Shown here piece after piece: positions 29,206 through 38,745 of a stretch of 64,000 nucleotides of DNA (positions are counted from its first letter, which is position 1; the number at the start of each line of letters is the position of its first letter). The stretch spans positions 67,412-131,411 of the forward strand of contig JAJZIL010000001.1 in the NCBI GenBank assembly GCA_021810605.1. The letters run 5' to 3'. The stretch is from a bacterium. Lineage in GTDB: Bacteria; Patescibacteriota; Dojkabacteria; JAKAPS01; JAJZLI01. Position numbers and translations under genes: made by a program. The notes below the pieces were generated by a model. It was not told where the DNA came from, did not search any database, and saw only the letters and a program-made list of their open reading frames with translations.

Positions 29206-30636
29206 TTAATTTATCTCATTCCATGAAAGTATCTGAGTTGTTCCAGAGATAATATTAAATCCTGTAGTGGCATTAATTATTGTAGGATCTAGTGTTATCT
29301 GAGTTCCATTTATTGCGTTATAGTCACTATAATATAAGTTATTAATATTAAGGGATCCACCTGCCCAAATGGCTCCATTTATATTAATTGTAGAATTTCC
29401 ATCATTGGGTGTTACATCTGAAGGCATATCAATATCATCATTGATAGATATATTACCAGGAGTATATATTACTCCTGTGACATTGAATTCTAGATTTGTT
29501 CCATTGACTCCAATATAGATACCTTGATTTCCAGCTACTAGTGCAGGAAGATATTTTCCAGATGAAGGGGAGTATGGAGAAGTATCGATAAAACTTGCAT
29601 TTGTAGAGATTCCATTTTTAGACAGTAAAGATGAGTTTGTAAAGTTATATACAATAGGATTTCCTGCACTGTCTGTAGTGGGGAGATTTAAAGAATTAGA
29701 GTTTACATAATAAACTCCTGCAGGAGGAGTAATAGTATCAATTCCTGAGGATACATTAGAGTACCCTTGTAAATAAGATTCAAAGCTAGGTGTCGAATTG
29801 AAATATGTTCCGTTACTTTGAGCTAGACTAATCCATTGAGCTAATGGAAATGTAGGAAGGTTAATCTGAGGAGGAGGAGCAAGATTAACTATTGAACCAA
29901 TAGTTGAGTTATTTATTAAACAAGAAGATCCACCCCAGTATGTAGAATTATTACAAGAAATTTGTCCTGCAAGGTTAGAATTATATATCCAACTAAATAG
30001 ATTTGTACTAAGATTAAATATAGAGTTAGTATTTGTATTATTAACCTGCCAGAAATAATTTCCAAAACCATTTCCATTGCCAACAGAATTTATATTATCA
30101 GAATTGAAATTAACTTGAAAGAATTGCAATTCATTATTTGATTGTACATTTCCCTGAACTTGAAACCATTCTCCGGCTATATAATTATTTGCAAATAATG
30201 CATAATTAAGTATTGGTGGATTTTGCCCCATCTGTATTACAACTTGTAAACTTCTTTGAATTGCTATATTACTACTAGATCCATATTGATAAGCTTGAGC
30301 AATAGATACTATTGTAGCTTGTTCTGGAGATACAGATGTATTATATGTAACAGTTACATTATCTGACCCATTAATTTGAGCATCTATGGGGGATACAAAA
30401 GCTCCTCCTGTGAAACTTGAGCCATTTTCTCCAATTTGTAACATCGCATTTTCAACCCCTGATTCAGCTAGATATTTTACTTGTGAATCCAGTATGTCAT
30501 TTTGAGAAAGTTGATACTCAGAAGTTGCTATTGTTAAAATTGTTGTCATAACAGTTAAAAGTACTGCAGTTAAAACTATAATTGCAATTATTGCAGCCTG
30601 TCCTCTATTGTCTTCTTTGTGTTGCTGTTGTTTCAT
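29206..30636 (-). CDS. PilX-like large minor pilin / putative pilus tip adhesin
   Basis: N-terminus NRGQAAIIAIIVLTAVLLTVMTTILTIATSEYQLSQN resembles the PilX N-terminal domain; 476 aa, N/S/T/G-rich globular region. Confidence 0.5.
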   Translation of the reverse strand: MKQQQHKEDNRGQAAIIAIIVLTAVLLTVMTTILTIATSEYQLSQNDILDSQVKYLAESGVENAMLQIGENGSSFTGGAFVSPIDAQINGSDNVTVTYNTSVSPEQATIVSIAQAYQYGSSSNIAIQRSLQVVIQMGQNPPILNYALFANNYIAGEWFQVQGNVQSNNELQFFQVNFNSDNINSVGNGNGFGNYFWQVNNTNTNSIFNLSTNLFSWIYNSNLAGQISCNNSTYWGGSSCLINNSTIGSIVNLAPPPQINLPTFPLAQWISLAQSNGTYFNSTPSFESYLQGYSNVSSGIDTITPPAGVYYVNSNSLNLPTTDSAGNPIVYNFTNSSLLSKNGISTNASFIDTSPYSPSSGKYLPALVAGNQGIYIGVNGTNLEFNVTGVIYTPGNISINDDIDMPSDVTPNDGNSTININGAIWAGGSLNINNLYYSDYNAINGTQITLDPTIINATTGFNIISGTTQILSWNEIN

Positions 30637-31123
30637 ATGTTTTTTTAGTTATAATACCACTTGTACCTACATTAGATTCTGTAATATTTACAAGTATTGT
30701 AGGAGAGATTCCTGTGTTAGCTTCTTCACTAAATGATAAATCATATGTATATATATTTGAAGAAGATATCTGTTCAGGAGTATTATTATCATATTGAGAG
30801 TAAATAATCCCATTTGAAGAATAAAACATAATTTTATCTCCTCCTGAGTCTGTTTGTACTATTAAATCATTAGTTGTAGTATTAGTTGGATTTGGAGTCA
30901 ATACTTGATATCCATCTTCAACTGTTTGAGTTATCTCTTTCATACTTATCCTTATAGTATCATTTGCGTTAGCAATTGTTGTTATTTTATTTTGTGTAGA
31001 TATTAAATCTACAAGTATTGTAGTAGTTACAATAATAATAATCCCTAATATTAGTACATAAAGTATAGTTTCAATAAGTGTTTGTCCATTATTATTATTT
31101 CCCATAATTAAAAGGATTGCCAA
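30605..31123 (-). CDS. pseudopilin (prepilin-type N-terminus)
   Basis: GNNNNGQTLIETILYVLILGIIIIV (G|QTLIE plus hydrophobic helix). Confidence 0.65.
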   Translation of the reverse strand: MAILLIMGNNNNGQTLIETILYVLILGIIIIVTTTILVDLISTQNKITTIANANDTIRISMKEITQTVEDGYQVLTPNPTNTTTNDLIVQTDSGGDKIMFYSSNGIIYSQYDNNTPEQISSSNIYTYDLSFSEEANTGISPTILVNITESNVGTSGIITKKTYETTATQRRQ

Positions 31124-31602
31124 TTAGTTAAATATTCAGTCTCTGAGTAAGAAAAATTTTCTCCAAATGAGTTGAAGGATACATTTGCAGTAACTTCCAT
31201 AGAATTTGTATCAATTGGTTGTGTGGTATCTGTTGTAAATGTATTGGAATTTGATCTATATGCTGGAGCAATTACAACATCAACAGTATACTCATTATAT
31301 GTTTCTGATCCTGGAACAAGTTCCCATCCTTGTACTATGTGGGGTGTAGCATTCGTTGGATTATATTGAAGATAATATTCTCCTGCAACAAGATTTGACC
31401 ATGATTGATTCTGTACTGCATAAAGACTCTCTATTTGTTGTTGTAGTAAATATTTTGCTTCTAATTTTTGTTTTGATATTTCTATCGATTTATATACTAG
31501 TTGTACTGAAAAAAGGGAAGATCCAAAAATTATAGCTATAATAGTTATAGTCAAAAGTAATTCAATAAATGCTTGTCCTTTATTATTAATATACTGCTCC
31601 AT
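31108..31602 (-). CDS. pseudopilin (prepilin-type N-terminus)
   Basis: NNKGQAFIELLLTITIIAIIFG (G|QAFIE plus helix). Confidence 0.65.
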   Translation of the reverse strand: MEQYINNKGQAFIELLLTITIIAIIFGSSLFSVQLVYKSIEISKQKLEAKYLLQQQIESLYAVQNQSWSNLVAGEYYLQYNPTNATPHIVQGWELVPGSETYNEYTVDVVIAPAYRSNSNTFTTDTTQPIDTNSMEVTANVSFNSFGENFSYSETEYLTNWQSF

Positions 31603-32053
31603 TATTATTTATATTCATTAATATAAAATAACTTGAGTTTCCTATATCAAAGGATACTCCAGAGTTAGTAAGTTGTCCATTTACAGAGTTAAATATAATT
31701 GGATTATTTTCTGAAGGGGTAAGATTATAAAGTGTTACCTCAGGAGGAAAATAATATGTATCATTAGCACTATTAGTAGAAGAATAGTTGTTTCCAGGAA
31801 ATAGGGTAATTTGATTAGTTTGGAATTCTATTCCATACTGACTAAATCCTGCAAGATTATCAAGTGCATCATCTTGAGCTTCTTTTATCATTGAATATAC
31901 GTTTTGATTTGCACTATCTACATTTGTATGGGTAAGTAATGTCAGATAAGAGAATCCTATGAGCAATGACATTATACCTAGTATTGTTATTACTATTAAA
32001 ATCTCTATGAGTGTAAATCCTTTATTTTGCTGGTGCATTTCCTCCTGCTCCAC
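31586..32053 (-). CDS. pseudopilin / minor pilin (canonical GFTLIE motif)
   Basis: QNKGFTLIEILIVITILGIMSLL. Confidence 0.75.
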   Translation of the reverse strand: MEQEEMHQQNKGFTLIEILIVITILGIMSLLIGFSYLTLLTHTNVDSANQNVYSMIKEAQDDALDNLAGFSQYGIEFQTNQITLFPGNNYSSTNSANDTYYFPPEVTLYNLTPSENNPIIFNSVNGQLTNSGVSFDIGNSSYFILMNINNNGAVY

Positions 32054-33278
32054 TTGCTGCGGAAGTCCCTGAAGTACTTCCGATACTTCCTGTCATCTGA
32101 TATATTGGTGCTATTACTGAGAGTGCTATCAAAAGGACTCCACCTCCCATAACAAATAACATTAAAGGTTCAATTATTACTGACAGATTTGCTAAAGTAT
32201 CATCTACTTGGTTTTGATAAAATTCTGCAACGGAAAGAAGCATTTCAGAAGTATTCCCAGTTTTATCTCCAACAGCAATCATTCTTGTAGCAAGATTAGG
32301 AAAAAGTTTTGGATATTTTGATAAAGTTGGAGATATTTGATCTCCTCTCTCTACACTAGCTCCTAACTCAATTATGATTTTTTTATATGCTTCATTTGAT
32401 ACAGTATCTTTTACAATAGTAATGGATTGATTTATAGGAATTCCACTTTTAAGAAGATTTCCTAATGTTCTTGAAAAATTTGTTACATTTATTTTTTTTA
32501 TAATCTCTCCTACTATTGGGATTTTTACGGAGATAACATTCCATGCATATTTTGCTTGTGGAAGTCTTAGAAGTGCTCTAAATACAAATATAAGGATAAT
32601 AATTAATATTAATACCTCTAATCCATAATGAGTAAGAATATTAGATAAATCTATCATTATTTGAGTAGGTAGAGGGAGAGATTCTCCACTTCCTTTAAAA
32701 AGACCACTTAACTGAGGGAATACAAAAATTATTAATCCTATTGAAACTATAAGCATTATGCTTACTATGATTGCAGGATACATCAAAGCTCCTATAACTT
32801 TTTTTCTTAAATCATAACTTTTTTGTACTTGATCTTTAATAAGAACTGTGTTTTCAGAAATAGTACCACTAGTCTCTCCAATTTCCATCATTTTTACTAT
32901 CAGTGGTGTAAAGATATAAGGATATTTTTTCATAGTATCAGAGAGCTTATTTCCAGATTCTACATTATATTTTAAATCTTCAATAACAGTTTTAAATACC
33001 TTGGTTTCTGCATCTTGTACAAGGGAGTCAAGTGTATCTGCTAGTGAGAGTCCTGCTGTAAGCATTTTTCCCATATGGTCAAAAAAAAGAAGCTTTTCTA
33101 CTAATTTTACCCTTCCCTTTGTTGCATTCTTTGTCTTATCTTTGCTCTCCTCAATTGAAAGAATTGTAAGATTTTCAGATCTGATGATCTCCATTGCTTC
33201 ATCTTTTCCAGATGCACTAACAGTACCTTTTTTAACATCTCCTTGTAGATCTGTAGCTTCATAAATAAATTCTGCCAT
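32022..33278 (-). CDS. pilC: type IV pilus platform protein PilC (GspF family)
   Basis: 418 aa; N-terminal MAEFIYEATDLQGDVKKGTVSASGKDEAMEIIRSENLTILSIEE typical of PilC/GspF; two repeated 3-TM modules. Confidence 0.85.
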   Translation of the reverse strand: MAEFIYEATDLQGDVKKGTVSASGKDEAMEIIRSENLTILSIEESKDKTKNATKGRVKLVEKLLFFDHMGKMLTAGLSLADTLDSLVQDAETKVFKTVIEDLKYNVESGNKLSDTMKKYPYIFTPLIVKMMEIGETSGTISENTVLIKDQVQKSYDLRKKVIGALMYPAIIVSIMLIVSIGLIIFVFPQLSGLFKGSGESLPLPTQIMIDLSNILTHYGLEVLILIIILIFVFRALLRLPQAKYAWNVISVKIPIVGEIIKKINVTNFSRTLGNLLKSGIPINQSITIVKDTVSNEAYKKIIIELGASVERGDQISPTLSKYPKLFPNLATRMIAVGDKTGNTSEMLLSVAEFYQNQVDDTLANLSVIIEPLMLFVMGGGVLLIALSVIAPIYQMTGSIGSTSGTSAASGAGGNAPAK

Positions 33279-33380
33279 ACTTAAAATATATAGATTTTAG
33301 CTTATAAAAGCAAGTTATTTTTATATGATTAGATGAGTTATAACTTTATGATTAACTCTTATGATATAATTTAAAATTAT

Positions 33381-34019
33381 ATGGATGAGCAAAGTATAGA
33401 GAATATACCAAAAGAGGTTCTGACTGAACAGTATAAACAACTTTTGATAGAGGTAGATTCACTCAAGAAGGATTTATCTGTTAGTCAAGTAAAATTAAAG
33501 GATAATTCTGTACAGATAGAAATTCTTTTAAGACAAATTGATAGGTTAAGACATGATGGAAAAATAGATAAAATGACAAATCTATTTAACAATAATTATC
33601 TTGAAGACAGCTCTGTTGTCTCTGAATTAGAGTCATTATCAAAGAATGGTATAGATTTTGGTATAATTTTTATAGATTTAAATGATCTTAAAAAAATAAA
33701 TGATTCAAAGGGACATAAAGAAGGAGATAAATATATAATTGAATCTTCTAAAGCATTAGTGGAAGTAATTTCTGCTAGAGATACAGTTGTAAGAAAGGGG
33801 GGAGATGAATTTGTAGTTATTGTAAGGCATATTAATTCAGAATATTTACCAAATATAGAAAATACAATTTTAGATAGAATAAAACTATCTTTTTCAGAAA
33901 AGGGTATTAGTGCATCTTTGGGTTTTGCATTATCTTCTGAATGTGGTCATAGTCTAAAGGATACAATAAATTTAGCAGATCAGAGGATGTATATTGTAAA
34001 AAAGGAAGCAAAAAAATAA
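33381..34019 (+). CDS. diguanylate cyclase (GGDEF domain) with N-terminal coiled coil, no sensor domain
   Basis: GIIFIDLNDLKKINDSKGHKEGD ... RKGGDEFVVIV (GGDEF motif present). Confidence 0.8.
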   Translation: MDEQSIENIPKEVLTEQYKQLLIEVDSLKKDLSVSQVKLKDNSVQIEILLRQIDRLRHDGKIDKMTNLFNNNYLEDSSVVSELESLSKNGIDFGIIFIDLNDLKKINDSKGHKEGDKYIIESSKALVEVISARDTVVRKGGDEFVVIVRHINSEYLPNIENTILDRIKLSFSEKGISASLGFALSSECGHSLKDTINLADQRMYIVKKEAKK

Positions 34020-34095
34020 ATATATAAAATACTATATTTGAAGATTTAAATAATTAACTTTATATTTCATATTACTCATAATATATATATGCTAT

Positions 34096-34118
34096 CTGTA
34101 ATAATAGTATTATTACAG
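34096..34118. repeat. perfect 23-bp palindrome CTGTAATAATA-G-TATTATTACAG between the GGDEF gene and ndh
   Basis: Seen directly; followed by aattttatc (possible weak terminator) and about 130 nt upstream of the ndh start (possible operator). Confidence 0.5.
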
Positions 34119-34249
34119 AATTTTATCTAGCAGGAATATCTATTCTAAATATCTAAATTAAATCTACTGTGATAGGAATAACTTCAAATTTGCATTGTAT
34201 TTATAATACTATCATAATAGATAAACATAAATATAAATATAGATATTTT

Positions 34250-35503
34250 ATGCAATTAGATAAGAAATTAAAGAAAATAAAAAGAGTAGTAATACTAGGT
34301 GCTGGTTTTGGTGGAGTGAATCTATATAGATCACTTCATAAATTAGTACATGGAGATAAAGATTGGGAATTTGTAATAATTTCTGATAATAATTATTTCC
34401 TTTTTACACCTCTTATCCATGAAGTTGCAACGGGGTCACTTTTCCCAGAAGATTTAGTTTTTCCAATAAGAGAGAATTTTTCATGCTGTGTAAGAGAGGT
34501 AATTGTAGATAAGGTTATATCAATTGATGCATATAAAAAAAATGTTATTCTTAAAAATGAAAAGATTTCTTTTGATTATTTAGTTATATCAACAGGTGCT
34601 TCTGTAAATTATTGGGGGATTGAAGGAGCTTTAGAAAATTCAATTCCTCTTTATGATATAAAAGATGCTATAAAATTAAAAAATAATCTTATTTCTGTTT
34701 TTGAAAAGGCTAATGAAGTTAAACAGAAGAGTATAAAAATAGTTATTGTTGGTGGAGGGGCTACTGGGATAGAGCTTGCTACAGAAATAGTGGAATTTGT
34801 GGAGAGAATGAAGCCATTTTATGAAAATCTGAAAATATTAGATACAAAGATAAAGGTTGAGATACTTAATTCTTCTACAAAATTTATCCCTAATTTCCCG
34901 GATAAAGTAAGAAAGAAAATATTATCTATTTTATCAAGAGAGGATAATGATCTTTCAATACTTCTAGATTCTAAAGTCATGAAAGTAGATAGTAGTAGTG
35001 TATATCTTTTAGATAAGAGGAAGTTAGATTATGATCTTCTAGTTTGGGCTGCGGGTGTAAAACCTAATACTCCAAAGATTAATATTGATAGTGTAAAAAC
35101 TGATGAAAGAATTAAAGTAGATAAATATTTTAATATTAAACCATTTAAAAATATATTTGCTATTGGAGATGTTGCTGATTTTAAGGATATTAACGGGAAC
35201 TCTCTACCTCAATTTGCTCAAATAGCAGAAGAAGAGGGTAAGATTTGTGCAGAAAATATATATAGGATATCTAAAAAACTATCACCTATATCTTTTGAGT
35301 ATAAAGGAAAAGGGTTGCTACTTTCATTAGGACGTAATAATGCTATAGTGTCTTTAAAAAATGTAATATTTACAGGAAAAACTGCTTGGATACTATGGAA
35401 ATTTATATATTTAGGGTTAATGTTTGGAAAAGGAACTAGATTAAGGGTATTTAGTCAATGGATTATAAATAGTTTATCTCCTAGGAATATCTCTAAGATT
35501 TAG
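34250..35503 (+). CDS. ndh: type II NADH dehydrogenase / FAD-dependent pyridine nucleotide-disulfide oxidoreductase
   Basis: Two Rossmann motifs VVILGAGFGG and IVIVGGGATGIELA; start placed at the internal Met (MQLDKK...) rather than the track start at 34169. Confidence 0.75.
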   Translation: MQLDKKLKKIKRVVILGAGFGGVNLYRSLHKLVHGDKDWEFVIISDNNYFLFTPLIHEVATGSLFPEDLVFPIRENFSCCVREVIVDKVISIDAYKKNVILKNEKISFDYLVISTGASVNYWGIEGALENSIPLYDIKDAIKLKNNLISVFEKANEVKQKSIKIVIVGGGATGIELATEIVEFVERMKPFYENLKILDTKIKVEILNSSTKFIPNFPDKVRKKILSILSREDNDLSILLDSKVMKVDSSSVYLLDKRKLDYDLLVWAAGVKPNTPKINIDSVKTDERIKVDKYFNIKPFKNIFAIGDVADFKDINGNSLPQFAQIAEEEGKICAENIYRISKKLSPISFEYKGKGLLLSLGRNNAIVSLKNVIFTGKTAWILWKFIYLGLMFGKGTRLRVFSQWIINSLSPRNISKI

Positions 35504-35614
35504 AGAAAATCTCAATATTATACACTTTAGTATAATAATTTGTACTCAATATTTTATGCTTTAATATTTAAATTTGGTTGCAAAATTTTATTACTTAGTG
35601 CACAATATAAGTAT

Positions 35615-37039
35615 ATGGATGATAATCTTATACGGAAAACACTAGATTTTTATAATCCATTTTGGAGAAATATTTTATCTATAGAAAATACACCATTATA
35701 TAGAAGGGATATATATGACAGTATATTTATATCAGTTAAAGAGATAAAACAGATAATTTCAATAACTGGACCAAGAAGAGTGGGAAAGACGACTATACTT
35801 CGTCAGATCATATTTGATCTAATTAAAGAGAATGATGTAAGTCCACTAGATATAATATATATATCAATGGATGATCCATATATATACTCTAATTCTTCAG
35901 ATCCAATTTTTTTTGATAGACTAATCGAAGTATATGAAAAATATATCTTAAGAGAAAAAATACAAAATAGAACTATATATTTCCTTATAGATGAGATTCA
36001 TAAATTTAAAGATTGGCAACTATTTTTAAAGAAATACTATGATAGAGGTATAAATATAAAATTTATTATATCAGGGTCAGTTGAACAGTCTATATTGGGA
36101 AAAAGTAAGGAATCTTTAGCAGGAAGAATCAAGAATTTTAAAGTATATACTTTTTCATTTTATGAGTATATATACTATAAACTTTCTTTTGATGATAAAG
36201 TCGATATACTGAAAAAAGAGAATATATTAAAGCTAATTTTAAAAATTCATGATTTAAAAAAGAATATTTTTATAAATCCACTAATTTTTTTTGCTGATCT
36301 AGACCAAATACTTCCAGATTTTATCTTTTATGAAGATGAAATATTTAGATACTTTTATGAATATCTAATTATAGGAGGATTTATAGAGAGTTGGAGTATT
36401 GATAGTAAGGATATGCAATATGAATATCTATATCAAACACAAATTGAAAAGGTATTGCTACAGGATATATATATATTAGAAGATATTAAAAATACAAAAA
36501 TTCTTGCAACTATGTTTTTTAAATTTTCTGAAAATTTTGCTTCAGAATTTAGTCTTAACTCATTAGTAAAAGATATTGGAGTACATAGAGATACAATTGA
36601 AAGATATATTACTCTTCTTAAAGATTCTAATTTGATTTTTTCACTTTCTAAATATGGAGAGAATGCTAGTAAAATATCTAATATTAAAATATTTTTAGTT
36701 GATATTGGTATAAGAAATAGTATATTAAAAATAAAAGAAGAAGAGATTGTAGGAAATAAGATATTATTTCTTAAATATATTGAAAACCTATCTTTACTTT
36801 CAATAATACGTTATTCAAATGCATTAGGTATAAACTACTATAGAGAAAGAGAGAAAGAAATTAATTTTATACTTAATTATTCTTCTGGTAATATTGCTAT
36901 AAACCTAGATAATATGAAGAAAAGTCTTTTTGATAAATTTAAATTTGATTATATATTTAATCTTATTGGAGAAACTCAGATAAAAAAGGATAGTAATATA
37001 ATATCAATACCATATATAATATTTCTTCTTTCTTTGTAA
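35615..37039 (+). CDS. AAA+ ATPase of the AAA_14/DUF4143 family
   Basis: Walker A ITGPRRVGKTT; Walker B FLIDEIH; architecture typical of DUF4143-containing ATPases; start placed at the internal Met (MDDNLIRK...). Confidence 0.65.
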   Translation: MDDNLIRKTLDFYNPFWRNILSIENTPLYRRDIYDSIFISVKEIKQIISITGPRRVGKTTILRQIIFDLIKENDVSPLDIIYISMDDPYIYSNSSDPIFFDRLIEVYEKYILREKIQNRTIYFLIDEIHKFKDWQLFLKKYYDRGINIKFIISGSVEQSILGKSKESLAGRIKNFKVYTFSFYEYIYYKLSFDDKVDILKKENILKLILKIHDLKKNIFINPLIFFADLDQILPDFIFYEDEIFRYFYEYLIIGGFIESWSIDSKDMQYEYLYQTQIEKVLLQDIYILEDIKNTKILATMFFKFSENFASEFSLNSLVKDIGVHRDTIERYITLLKDSNLIFSLSKYGENASKISNIKIFLVDIGIRNSILKIKEEEIVGNKILFLKYIENLSLLSIIRYSNALGINYYREREKEINFILNYSSGNIAINLDNMKKSLFDKFKFDYIFNLIGETQIKKDSNIISIPYIIFLLSL

Positions 37040-37074
37040 ATTATTTGAATAGAGCATACTTTCTTAATATAAAA

Positions 37075-38745
37075 TCACTCTTTTACTACTCTTAGTACCT
37101 CTTCTATTGATGTGAGTCCTTCAGATGCTTTTGCAAGGCCATCTTCTATCATAAGACTCATACCATTTGATTGAGCTATTTTTTGAATAACCTCTCCACT
37201 TTCTTTTTTTGTAATTAATTCTTTTATTTTATCGTTAATTTCTAATATCTCATATATACCAATCCTACCTTTATATCCATTATTACAGTATTCACAACCT
37301 ACTGCTTTATAATATTTATTATTTGTAACTTTTTTACCAACTCCTTTTTTTTCATATTGTTCAGAGAGGATACTTAACTCTTTTGCATCCATTTTATATT
37401 CTTTTTTACACGTATTACATAATTTTCTTACTAACCTTTGTGCAATAACAACATTAAGAGTTGAGGCTACAAGAAAAGATTCTACCTGCATATCTATAAG
37501 TCTAGGAATTGCCCCAGATGCATCATTGGTATGTAGAGTAGATAGAACTAAATGTCCAGTCATTGCAGCATTAATAGCTATGTCTGCAGTTTCATTATCT
37601 CTAATTTCTCCAACCATGATAATATCAGGGTCTTGTCTTAAAAAAGATCTTAATCCATTTGCAAAGGTCAGTCCAATGTTGGCAGAGACCTGAGTTTGGT
37701 TGACTCTAGGCATAGTATATTCAATTGGATCTTCAACTGTATTAATATTAACTTCTGGTGTATTTAGCTGAGATAATATAGTATAGAGAGTTGTACTTTT
37801 TCCTGATCCAGTAGGTCCTGTTACTAATATCATTCCAACAGTTCTTTTTATAGAATCTTTAATTTTTTCTAAATCTCCTCCTCTAAAACCAAGTGCTTCT
37901 AGATTATATGATTTAGCATTATCTTCTAAAAGTCTTGTTACTACAACCTCTCCAAAATATACAGGCATAGTAGATACTCTAAAAGATATCTCTTGGTCAT
38001 TAACTAGTGTTTTAAATCTTCCATCTTGAGGAAGTCTATGTTCATCAATTTTAAGGTTAGATAATATTTTAATTCTTGCAACAACTGCCTTATGTATATC
38101 TAATGAATATGTTGCTTGATCGTGTAGTATTCCATCTATTCTATATCTTATAACAGCTCTTTCCTCTAAAGGTTCTAGATGTATATCAGATGCACCCATT
38201 GTTTTTGCGTATTCTAATATAGTATTCGTAATATTAATTATAGGTAATGCCTCAGTATCTTCACTTTTTACATCTTTGGACTCTTTCTCATTTTTTTCTA
38301 TAATATTTTTTAATTCTTCTTTTATTGAAGTTTTATATAATTTTAATCCTTCAAAAAAAGATGTCTCTGTTATAAAGTAAGGATCAATTATATAACCAGT
38401 TCCTTTTTTTAGAAACTCTATTGTATTAATATCTCTTGGATTAGTCATTCCTATCTTTAAAGTAGATTCACTCTTATCAAATGCTATAATTTTTTTCTCA
38501 ATAGCAATTTTTTCTGGGATTATTTTTACTGTTTCAGGATTAATTGTTTTATGAATTAGCGATGTATGTGGGATTGAGTACTCTTTAGTAATCAAATTTC
38601 CTAATTCTTCCTCTGTTATAAGGTTACTACCTATGACTAATTCTTCAATAGAACTTGAAATTTGCTTAGATTTCTCTTCTAATTTCTCATACTCCTCTTT
38701 ACTGGTATAATTATTTTTTATAAGAAGTTCTTTGATATCCATCAC
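37075..38745 (-). CDS. pilB: type IV pilus assembly ATPase PilB (GspE family)
   Basis: Walker A VTGPTGSGKSTT, Walker B MVGEIRD, His box LVLSTLHTN, C-terminal tetracysteine CNTC...CEYC. Confidence 0.9.
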   Translation of the reverse strand: MMDIKELLIKNNYTSKEEYEKLEEKSKQISSSIEELVIGSNLITEEELGNLITKEYSIPHTSLIHKTINPETVKIIPEKIAIEKKIIAFDKSESTLKIGMTNPRDINTIEFLKKGTGYIIDPYFITETSFFEGLKLYKTSIKEELKNIIEKNEKESKDVKSEDTEALPIINITNTILEYAKTMGASDIHLEPLEERAVIRYRIDGILHDQATYSLDIHKAVVARIKILSNLKIDEHRLPQDGRFKTLVNDQEISFRVSTMPVYFGEVVVTRLLEDNAKSYNLEALGFRGGDLEKIKDSIKRTVGMILVTGPTGSGKSTTLYTILSQLNTPEVNINTVEDPIEYTMPRVNQTQVSANIGLTFANGLRSFLRQDPDIIMVGEIRDNETADIAINAAMTGHLVLSTLHTNDASGAIPRLIDMQVESFLVASTLNVVIAQRLVRKLCNTCKKEYKMDAKELSILSEQYEKKGVGKKVTNNKYYKAVGCEYCNNGYKGRIGIYEILEINDKIKELITKKESGEVIQKIAQSNGMSLMIEDGLAKASEGLTSIEEVLRVVKE

